Source: Caedimonas varicaedens
Lineage (GTDB): Bacteria > Pseudomonadota > Alphaproteobacteria > Caedimonadales > Caedimonadaceae
Length of the DNA: 12,094 nucleotides
Direction: 5' to 3'
Assembly (NCBI GenBank): GCA_001192655.1
Contig: BBVC01000064.1
Coordinates: forward strand, 1-12,094
Below are positions 1-6,489 of the stretch, one piece after another (within the stretch, counting starts at the first letter, position 1; each line of letters opens with the position of its first letter). The position numbers and the translations under genes were made by a program. Below the pieces are notes generated by a model. That model was not told the DNA's origin. It ran no database searches and saw nothing but the letters and a program-made list of their open reading frames with translations.

Positions 1-1565
1 CATTTTACCTCCGGCGCTAACACCAGAGGAGACATGGCATGAACAAGAAGGACAGACCCAGGCCAACTACCAATTTCGATCCCAATCGCTGTCATCCAGC
101 CAATAGACAGTTTGAGAGGATAAACAACCCATCCTTCCAGACCAAAAGAACTGAGGCACAAAAAAATAACGAGAAGCGGCATGATAGCAAAAGCTAAAAG
201 AGGGATAGAAACAAGGTTTGCAGGGATGGCGTGGAGTGTGAAGCGGTTAAAAGTATAGATCACATAAGGGGTTGTTGCTGCCGTTGCCAAAATCGTTGAG
301 ATCAGGATACCTGACAGGTAGAGAAAAAATCGACGAGATCCTTCTTTTTTGATGCTCCATTCTGACAGGGGCTGACGTAATGCTTCGTATCCGGAAACCA
401 GAGCGATAACGGCTGAAAATGACATTTGAAAACTGGGCAACATCAGGGATTCAGGTGCAATCAGCAATATAAGGCTTGCCGCCAGGGCAACGTTACGCAG
501 TGTAAGAGCTGTACGGTCTGTTAAAACGCCCAGCAAAACAATCCCTGTCATGATAAAGGCTCGTTGAGCGGGGATAGACATTCCGGATACAAGAAGGTAG
601 CCAAACGTAAAAAAAAGAGCGGCTCCTGCCGCCCATTTTTTCACAGGCCAGCGTAAGACAATAGAAGGAAAAAGGCTTAATCCACGGCGAATACATAAAA
701 ACGCCAGTCCTGCAACAATTGACAAATGTAACCCTGAAATCGCCAGGATATGGGCAAGTCCTGAATTGGCAAAAGCTTGTCGAATAGTTTCAGGGATACC
801 CGCCCGATCTCCTGTGACAAGGCCGACTGCAATTTCTCCTTCCACTCCCCCTATGCTTTCTCGAAGCAAGGTTGTTATGCTATGACGAAAAGAGGTTAAT
901 TTGGTTATAAATGAGGATGGGGCTTCTTTTAAGATCTGGGGACGTGATATTGCAAATCCAACAGCGGAAATCCCTGAGAAATAAGCTTTGCGGCGAAAAT
1001 CATAGGCACCCGGCGCAATGGGTTCGTTGGGGGGAAGCAAGACAGCATCCAGACGCACCTGTTGTCCTGGCCACAGTTTTGTTTCTGACTTGGCAAGTTT
1101 GCCTTTTAACGTCAGACGAATGATTTTTACAGGCTTCTGATGCAAGCGGGATTCTTCTGATATTTTCACATCGCCAAGGGTGAGGCGCACGCTTGCAGGC
1201 ATTTCTTCTACTTGCAAAAGGGTGCCTTCGATTCCATGAACAGTCTCAGCAGAAACCAGCATAAAGGTAGAAAGCATATGCGTCCTGCACTGCGCGGCTG
1301 TAAAACCAAGGGATACGCCAAAACAGAAACTGAAGATAAGATAACGCCACAGGTGTTGTCGGTTTGCAAACCAGGATAGTCCAAAAATAAGACAGGGGAT
1401 GGCGCCCACCCATAGAGGCGGTTCTGAGAGAAGATGAAAATAGCCGACGATTCCTATTCCCATTGCGACAGGAAACCAGAGTATCCATCGACATTGTTCA
1501 AGAATAAGGAGCGATTGAAATCGTTCTATTTTTCTGCGAGGATCAAGGGATGAAATCCATTTCAT
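1..1565 (-). CDS. comEC: ComEC/Rec2-family DNA internalisation channel protein, N-terminal ~521 codons; the C-terminal part lies beyond the left edge
   Basis: It is absent from the supplied ORF track, apparently because it has no stop inside the window. My hand translation of the minus strand is open from 1619 down to position 3. The product reads MKWISSLDPRRKIERFQSLLILEQCRWILWFPVAMGIGIVGYF...PGAYDFRRKAYFSGISAVGF...GEIAVGLVTGDRAGIPETIRQAFANSGLAHILAISGLHLSIVAG...MSIPAQRAFIM...SFQMSFSAV...TTPYVIYTFNRFTLHAIPANLVSIPLLAF. The LW.PV N-terminal helix, the PG.YDF.R block and the GL.H.LAISGLH competence-domain motif are ComEC hallmarks. I prefer the ATG at 1565-1563. An in-frame ATG at 1619-1617 is possible but would overlap the gltX start codon. 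Confidence 0.85.
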   Translation of the reverse strand, partial: MKWISSLDPRRKIERFQSLLILEQCRWILWFPVAMGIGIVGYFHLLSEPPLWVGAIPCLIFGLSWFANRQHLWRYLIFSFCFGVSLGFTAAQCRTHMLSTFMLVSAETVHGIEGTLLQVEEMPASVRLTLGDVKISEESRLHQKPVKIIRLTLKGKLAKSETKLWPGQQVRLDAVLLPPNEPIAPGAYDFRRKAYFSGISAVGFAISRPQILKEAPSSFITKLTSFRHSITTLLRESIGGVEGEIAVGLVTGDRAGIPETIRQAFANSGLAHILAISGLHLSIVAGLAFLCIRRGLSLFPSIVLRWPVKKWAAGAALFFTFGYLLVSGMSIPAQRAFIMTGIVLLGVLTDRTALTLRNVALAASLILLIAPESLMLPSFQMSFSAVIALVSGYEALRQPLSEWSIKKEGSRRFFLYLSGILISTILATAATTPYVIYTFNRFTLHAIPANLVSIPLLAFAIMPLLVIFLCLSSFGLEGWVVYPLKLSIGWMTAIGIEIGSWPGSVLLVHAMSPLVLAPEVK

Positions 1566-1617
1566 TTCGTGATAAAACCATCCATATATGTATTTTTCAG
1601 AAAAGTAGCCCAAGATC
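1566..1617. promoter_or_regulatory. Very short divergent comEC/gltX control region
   Basis: Only 52 bp separate the preferred comEC start from the gltX start. The region contains the perfect 8-bp palindrome CATATATG (1583-1590), which could supply -10-like TATAT hexamers in both directions. A possible gltX promoter is TTCATT (1561-1566), an 18-nt spacer, then TATATG (1585-1590). These are hexamer matches by eye only. Confidence 0.25.
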
Positions 1618-3024
1618 ATGAATGTTGTCACTCGTTTTGCTCCTTCGCCGACTGGTTTTTTACATATTGGCAGCGCACGCACTGCTCTTTTCAATTGGCT
1701 ATATGCACGTCATCACGGGGGAAAATTTTTACTGCGCATCGAGGATACGGATCGTGATCGCTCGACCAATGAAGCTATCAAGGCCATTATAGAGGGACTT
1801 AAATGGCTTGAACTGGATTGGGATGACAACATTATTTTCCAATTTGCGCGAGCCGCACGTCATCAGGAAGCTGCCCATGCTCTTGTTGCCCAAGGAAAAG
1901 CTTATTATTGCTTTTGTACACCCCAGGAGCTTGAGGAAATGAGGGAAAAAGCACGGGCAGAAGGACGCCAGCCCCGTTATAACGGCTATTGGCGTGACAG
2001 ATCGCCCCATGAAGCACCTTCTGGCGTATGTCCGGTCATTCGCCTGAAAGTTCCTGAAGAAGGAGAGACAATTATTCAGGATCTTGTCCAGGGCGAAATT
2101 CGTGTCCAAAATGCTCAACTGGATGATATGGTTTTGCTGCGCGCCGATCAAACGCCTACCTATATGCTTGCTGTGGTCGTTGATGACTATGAAATGAACA
2201 TCAGCCATGTTATTCGAGGTGATGATCATCTTACAAATACTTTTCGGCAACTCCAGATTTACGAGGCTATGGGATGGAACTCCCCTCTTTTCTCTCATAT
2301 TCCTTTGATTCACGGAGAAGATGGTGCAAAGCTTTCCAAGCGTCATGGTGCTTTGGGCGTCGAAGCCTATCGGGACATGGGCTTTGTGCCAGAGGCCATG
2401 TGTAACTATCTGTTAAGATTGGGTTGGGGGCATGGAGATGATGAAATTATTTCCCGCACTCAGGCTGTCGAGTGGTTTGATATTAAGGATGTAGGCAGAT
2501 CAGCATCCCGGTTTGATATGGCCAAGCTTACTTCTGTGAATGCCCATTATGTACGAGAAAGAAACGATGAAGATCTCGTTCGTCTTGTGACGCCCATCCT
2601 TCAAAAGATCAGCGATGTTGAACTGACAGAACTGCTCAATAAACGATTGCTTCGAGGGATGTCTGGACTTAAGCAAAGAGCCCGCACACTTCAGGAACTT
2701 GCTGAAAATGCTCTTTTTCTGATCCACTCCCGTCCTCTTCCTCTTGATGAAAAAGCCCAAAAAATCTTGGCAGATAGTGAAGTTGCATCCCTGTTGCGGC
2801 AAGTCCTGAACATCCTTCAAACTCTTCCAGAGTGGGAAGAAAAGAATCTTGAGGAAGCGTTGCGCACATTGGCTGAATCCCTTCAGATTAAAATGGGCGC
2901 GCTTGCCCAGCCTCTCAGGGCTGCCCTGACAGGACAAAGTATATCTCCAGGCATTTTTGATGTTATGATAACTCTTGGCAGGGAGGAATCTTTGGAAAGA
3001 ATCCAGGATGTGCTAAAGTTCTAA
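1618..3024 (+). CDS. gltX: Glutamyl-tRNA synthetase (class I aaRS), 468 aa
   Basis: The N-terminus [45 protein letters not shown] carries the HIGH-type motif (HIGS). The KMSKS-type motif is present as GAKLSKRHG. The RIEDTD and VIRGDDHL blocks are typical GluRS signatures. Length is normal for bacterial GluRS. Confidence 0.97.
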   Translation: MNVVTRFAPSPTGFLHIGSARTALFNWLYARHHGGKFLLRIEDTDRDRSTNEAIKAIIEGLKWLELDWDDNIIFQFARAARHQEAAHALVAQGKAYYCFCTPQELEEMREKARAEGRQPRYNGYWRDRSPHEAPSGVCPVIRLKVPEEGETIIQDLVQGEIRVQNAQLDDMVLLRADQTPTYMLAVVVDDYEMNISHVIRGDDHLTNTFRQLQIYEAMGWNSPLFSHIPLIHGEDGAKLSKRHGALGVEAYRDMGFVPEAMCNYLLRLGWGHGDDEIISRTQAVEWFDIKDVGRSASRFDMAKLTSVNAHYVRERNDEDLVRLVTPILQKISDVELTELLNKRLLRGMSGLKQRARTLQELAENALFLIHSRPLPLDEKAQKILADSEVASLLRQVLNILQTLPEWEEKNLEEALRTLAESLQIKMGALAQPLRAALTGQSISPGIFDVMITLGREESLERIQDVLKF

Positions 3025-3047
3025 TATACAAGACTGGGGAGGCCATC

Positions 3048-4391
3048 ATGGCAGAAATCGCAAAAGCGTGTGCAACGAAGACTGAATCTTCTCAATCGAA
3101 GAAGGTAACCCTTATTTTCGATGAAGGCGCACAAAGAAAAACTTATGAACTTCCTGTGCTGTCAGGTACGCTGGGTCCAAAAGTCATTGATATTCGAGAA
3201 CTCTATTCAAAAACAGGCTATTTCACGTATGATCCTGGATTCACGTCAACAGCCAGTTGCGATTCAGCGATCACCTACATTGACGGAGAAAAGGGTATTC
3301 TCACCCATCGGGGTTATAAAATTGAAGACCTTGCCGAAAAATGCGATTTTCTTGAAGTTGCCTATCTATTGCTCCACAAGGAGCTTCCAACCCAAAAGCA
3401 GTTTGCTGATTATCATCATGAGATCAGTATGCATACCCTTTTACATGAACAATTGATTAATTTTTATAAAGGCTTTCGCCGGGACGCTCATCCCATGGCC
3501 GTTATGGTCGGTGTGGTAGGGGCTCTTTCTGCCTTCTATCATGACAGTCTCGATCTTCATGACCCCGATCAACGAGAGCTAGCATCCACCCGCCTGATTG
3601 CAAAAATGCCGTCAATGGCAGCCATGGCTTATAAATATTCGGTGGGGCAGCCTTTTGTATATCCCCAAAATAATTTGAAATATGCTGAGAATTTTCTTCA
3701 TATGATGTTTGCTGTTCCCAGCTATGATTATCAAGTTAATCCTGTTCTTGCAAAAGCCATGAATCTTATTTTTATTCTTCACGCCGATCACGAACAGAAT
3801 GCTTCGACTTCTACAGTGCGTCTTGCAAGTTCCAGCAGCGCCAATCCGTTTGCCTGTATTGCTGCGGGGATAGCATCTCTTTGGGGGCCAGCTCATGGGG
3901 GTGCTAATGAAGCTGTCCTGAATATGCTGACGCAAATTGCAGATAAAAGCCGTATTCCTGAATTTATCAAACGAGCCAAAGATAAAAATGATCCTTTCCG
4001 CCTCATGGGGTTTGGGCATCGGGTTTATAAAAATTATGATCCCCGCGCTCAGATTTTGCGTGCAAGCTGTCATGAAGTTATTGAAGAACTGAGCGTTAAA
4101 AATGAACACTTGCTTGAAATTGCTTTGGAACTTGAAAAAATTGCGTTAAATGATGCTTACTTTGTTGAAAAAAAATTATTCCCGAATGTTGATTTTTATT
4201 CAGGGATTATCTTGAAAGCCATGGGAATTCCAACGACGATGTTTACAGTCCTCTTTGCTCTGGCAAGAACCGCAGGATGGGTTGCCCAATGGCGGGAAAT
4301 GATAGAAGATCCTATCCAGAAAATTGGTCGTCCCCGTCAGCGATATATCGGTCCTGTACAACGAAAATTTATAGCTTTGGAACAACGGTGA
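3048..4391 (+). CDS. gltA: Citrate synthase (type II, large Gram-negative form), 447 aa
   Basis: Diagnostic blocks are [61 protein letters not shown] (catalytic His), [14 protein letters not shown] (catalytic His) and [10 protein letters not shown] (catalytic Asp). A strong SD, GGGGAGG, lies 5 nt upstream of the ATG. The gene starts 23 nt after the gltX stop, so co-transcription with gltX is likely. Confidence 0.97.
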   Translation: MAEIAKACATKTESSQSKKVTLIFDEGAQRKTYELPVLSGTLGPKVIDIRELYSKTGYFTYDPGFTSTASCDSAITYIDGEKGILTHRGYKIEDLAEKCDFLEVAYLLLHKELPTQKQFADYHHEISMHTLLHEQLINFYKGFRRDAHPMAVMVGVVGALSAFYHDSLDLHDPDQRELASTRLIAKMPSMAAMAYKYSVGQPFVYPQNNLKYAENFLHMMFAVPSYDYQVNPVLAKAMNLIFILHADHEQNASTSTVRLASSSSANPFACIAAGIASLWGPAHGGANEAVLNMLTQIADKSRIPEFIKRAKDKNDPFRLMGFGHRVYKNYDPRAQILRASCHEVIEELSVKNEHLLEIALELEKIALNDAYFVEKKLFPNVDFYSGIILKAMGIPTTMFTVLFALARTAGWVAQWREMIEDPIQKIGRPRQRYIGPVQRKFIALEQR

Positions 4392-4396
4392 ATATT

Positions 4397-4603
4397 ATGT
4401 CTAACCCCACGTATTTTGAAGAAGAAAAAGCAGTCTCTGAAGAGCATGCCCATGTTATTATTTCCAGAGAAGGTTTTGGTATGCAATTTTCTTCTGCTGC
4501 CAATGATAATAAATTACCCCGCGCCCTTTTGGTCCGGCGTCTTGTCATCGGGAGCTTTATTATGACAGGGATTGGGGGGGTCTTAGTCTATTTTCTTCTA
4601 TAG
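4397..4603 (+). CDS. Hypothetical small tail-anchored membrane protein, 68 aa
   Basis: This is the internal ATG of track ORF 4277..4603, beginning 5 nt after the gltA stop (TGA 4389-4391). A GGTGA SD-like element lies upstream. The product is MSNPTYFEEEKAVSEEHAHVIISREGFGMQFSSAANDNKLPRALLVRRLVIGSFIMTGIGGVLVYFLL, an acidic/polar N-terminal part followed by one C-terminal TM helix. I recognise no family motif, so coding status is unproven. Confidence 0.4.
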   Translation: MSNPTYFEEEKAVSEEHAHVIISREGFGMQFSSAANDNKLPRALLVRRLVIGSFIMTGIGGVLVYFLL

Positions 4604-4721
4604 TATCGATAAAGTATAAAGGCAATAAAACATTCTTTACAATTTTTTTTACATCACGTAGAAATATATTCTAAATAAAAAGTTAAAAAGTGTCTCTTTT
4701 TTACAGAGGAAAAAAGAATAA
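4604..4721 (+). promoter_or_regulatory. Very AT-rich intergenic spacer, probable promoter/UP-element region for the EamA permease gene
   Basis: This 118-bp spacer is dominated by A/T runs. TTTACA hexamers occur at 4636-4641 and 4648-4653, and -10-like TATATT (4665-4670) and CTAAAT (4671-4676) are present. Spacing fits only the TTTACA(4648)-17-CTAAAT pair. GAGGA lies about 12 nt before the 4722 ATG. No convincing terminator hairpin was seen. Confidence 0.3.
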
Positions 4722-5693
4722 ATGATTTTCTCTAAGCGCACTTCTTCGATATCTCTTCATTGGCAAGGCGCTATTTGGAAAATTCTCGCCTGCTTTTTCT
4801 TTGCTGCGAATAATGGGGTTGTCAAGTTACTTTCTCAGGCTTCTGCTGCAGGTCCCGCTCTTTCTTCGTATCAGATTGCTTTTTTGCAGAATTTCATTGG
4901 ATTTATCATCATGCTGCCTTTTATTTTGCCAAAAGGAAAACAAAAGCTCAAGATCGTTTATCCTTCTCTTCATTTCTACCGTGTCCTGACTGCTGTTGCG
5001 GGGATCGTATTATGGTATATGGCGCTCTCTCATATGCAAATGGCAGAAGCCGTTGCCCTCAGCTTTACGGGACCTATATTCACTGTCATAGGAGCTCATT
5101 TTTATCTGCGAGAACGTATAGGATTTTATCGTTCCATTGGCATCATTCTTGGAATTCTGGGTGCTTTTGTCATCACCCGACCTGATCGCGCTTTATGGGG
5201 CGGCGGTGAAAGTTCCCTATCCTGGATTGTGCTACTGCCCCTCGGTTCAGCCATTGGGCTTGCGGCAGCGAAGCTTTTGGGGCGTGAATTGGGAGCAAAA
5301 GGAGAGAGCGCAGAAAATTTGACATTCTATCTTCTTTTATTTATGGCACCTCTATCGCTTATTCCTGCTCTTGCGGTATGGATTATGCCTGCTCCTGAGC
5401 AGTGGTATTGGGTGATTCTGCTGGGGGCTTTAAGCGCAAGCGCTCACTATAGTACTTCTCATGCTTACAAAGCTGCGGAAGTTACTTTTCTGGCGCCCTT
5501 TGGTTTTGCAAGGCTTATGTTTACAGCTGCGATTGGTTTTGTTGCTTTTGCTGAAATTCCCAATTCCCTGAGTTTGTGGATCGGGACGGGTGTGATTATC
5601 ATTGGCACGCTTTGCCTTACACTTGAAAAAAATTCTCTCTTTCTTCGTCCTAAAGGTATGAGAGAAACAAGTCCTTATCTTTCGAAATCGTGA
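4722..5693 (+). CDS. DMT-superfamily (EamA-like, 10-TM) permease, 323 aa; substrate unknown
   Basis: The protein is hydrophobic throughout, with about 10 helices arranged as two similar halves. EamA-like features include an N-terminal W..I.W....FA.N...VK helix, FTGPIFTVIGAHFYLRERI (the end of the first repeat, where a helix is followed by the conserved E/R) and a C-terminal GTGVIIIGTLCL helix. The family call rests on architecture and these motifs only. Confidence 0.8.
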   Translation: MIFSKRTSSISLHWQGAIWKILACFFFAANNGVVKLLSQASAAGPALSSYQIAFLQNFIGFIIMLPFILPKGKQKLKIVYPSLHFYRVLTAVAGIVLWYMALSHMQMAEAVALSFTGPIFTVIGAHFYLRERIGFYRSIGIILGILGAFVITRPDRALWGGGESSLSWIVLLPLGSAIGLAAAKLLGRELGAKGESAENLTFYLLLFMAPLSLIPALAVWIMPAPEQWYWVILLGALSASAHYSTSHAYKAAEVTFLAPFGFARLMFTAAIGFVAFAEIPNSLSLWIGTGVIIIGTLCLTLEKNSLFLRPKGMRETSPYLSKS

Positions 5694-5807
5694 CACAGAT
5701 CTATTGAGATTAAATCCAAATAGTCTCACACCATTGATGAATCTTTAACCTTCGTTTCGCAGAATAACAATGGAATATTGAAAAATTTAAAAGAGGTAGA
5801 ACAGAAA

Positions 5808-5966
5808 ATGAAAACAATCTTAAATTTTCTCAAAGATGAAAGTGGAGCCTCAGCTGCGGAGTACGGTTTGCTGATTGCCTTACTCGCTGTTGTGGTGATC
5901 ATTGGCGTCACAAGCCTGGGAACCAAACTCAACACTGATTTTACAAATCTTGCGGCCAAATTGTAG
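5808..5966 (+). CDS. flp: Flp/Fap-family type IVb (Tad) prepilin, 52 aa
   Basis: The product is MKTILNFLKDESG/ASAAEYGLLIALLAVVVIIGVTSLGTKLNTDFTNLAAKL. It has the canonical Flp motif: a short basic leader, a Gly cleavage site, then xxxxEYGLI and a hydrophobic stretch. As I recall it, this is very close to the Caulobacter PilA leader (..FLKDESGATAIEYGLI). I prefer the ATG at 5808 over the track TTG at 5778 because it gives the typical 13-aa leader. AAGAGG lies 11 nt upstream. Confidence 0.85.
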   Translation: MKTILNFLKDESGASAAEYGLLIALLAVVVIIGVTSLGTKLNTDFTNLAAKL

Positions 5967-5967
5967 A

Positions 5968-6489
5968 TTACAATTTAGCTGTTCTGACTTTTTGCAGCAA
6001 TTTTTGGGCAACGTCATCTGACACAAAAGCGCTGATGTCGCCACCAAGCGTGGCGATTTCCTTAATATAAGTAGAAGAAATAAATTGGCTTCCATCAGAA
6101 GAGACCAAAAAAATTGTTTCAATAGCAGGGCTCATAGCCTTATTCAATCCAGCCATCTGAAATTCATAATCAAAATCTGAAACAGCCCTCAATCCCCGTA
6201 CAATCATAGAAGCTTTTTGTGCGCGCGCGAAATCAACCAGAAGATTATCAAATTCCCTGACGTCAATTTTTCCACAATCTTCAGGATAATTCCGGGTTAA
6301 TTTTTCAACCTCATGACGAACCATTGCAAGTCGCTCTTTTAGTGTAAAGATTGGCCCCTTTCCCGCATTAGCAGCAACCGCGACAACTAAAACGTCTACG
6401 AGACGGGAAGCTCTTAAAATAATATCAAGATGCCCCTTTGTGACAGGATCGAAAGTTCCTGGATAAAGTGCGATCTTTAATGAACTCAT
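5968..6489 (-). CDS. coaD: Phosphopantetheine adenylyltransferase, 173 aa
   Basis: The N-terminus reads IALYPGTFDPVTKGHLDIILRA, which contains the (T/H)xGH nucleotidyltransferase motif typical of CoaD. Further supporting blocks are MIVRGLRAVSDFDYEFQMA and ISSTYIKEI. The start overlaps the gyrA stop by 4 nt (ATGA at 6489-6486). Confidence 0.97.
   Translation of the reverse strand: MSSLKIALYPGTFDPVTKGHLDIILRASRLVDVLVVAVAANAGKGPIFTLKERLAMVRHEVEKLTRNYPEDCGKIDVREFDNLLVDFARAQKASMIVRGLRAVSDFDYEFQMAGLNKAMSPAIETIFLVSSDGSQFISSTYIKEIATLGGDISAFVSDDVAQKLLQKVRTAKL

Noticed and set aside
1-1619. comEC might be a pseudogene, because the ORF track lists only short ORFs (493..696, 911..1123, 1246..1494) in this region.
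   Set aside because: Hand translation shows one uninterrupted minus-strand frame from 1619 to 3, with ComEC motifs throughout. It seems to be missing from the track only because its stop lies outside the window. The listed short ORFs are off-frame shadows.
1729-2346. A 205-aa minus-strand ORF antisense to gltX (similarly 2500..2937, 2669..2869 and 1832..2017).
   Set aside because: These lie entirely inside a confidently identified GluRS gene. Their translations are low-complexity with no recognisable motifs or SD, so they are typical antisense shadow ORFs.
3612-4109. A 165-aa minus-strand ORF antisense to gltA, and the 3121..3456 plus-strand off-frame ORF.
   Set aside because: They are embedded in the citrate synthase gene, have no family signature and have an odd composition (rich in I, F, N, K and C). 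They are shadow ORFs.
4277-4396. The upstream 40 codons of track ORF 4277..4603, which overlap the gltA 3' end in another frame.
   Set aside because: This would require a 115-nt out-of-frame overlap with gltA. The internal ATG at 4397, just after the gltA stop and with an SD-like element, is the more parsimonious start.
5745-5752. TTAACCTT upstream of flp as a CtrA-type half-site (TTAACCAT). Caulobacter pilA is CtrA-controlled.
   Set aside because: It is a single 7/8 match in AT-rich DNA, and no TTAA-N7-TTAA full site is present. That is too weak to call.
5778-5807. The TTG start at 5778, which would give a 62-aa Flp precursor.
   Set aside because: The ATG at 5808 yields the typical short leader MKTILNFLKDESG ahead of the cleavage site. 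The extra 10 residues have no support, although long Flp leaders do exist, so this is not excluded.
5726-6122. Minus-strand ORFs 5726..5959 (antisense to flp) and 5880..6122 (off-frame over the coaD 3' end).
   Set aside because: They have no motifs and overlap better-supported genes. They are shadow ORFs.
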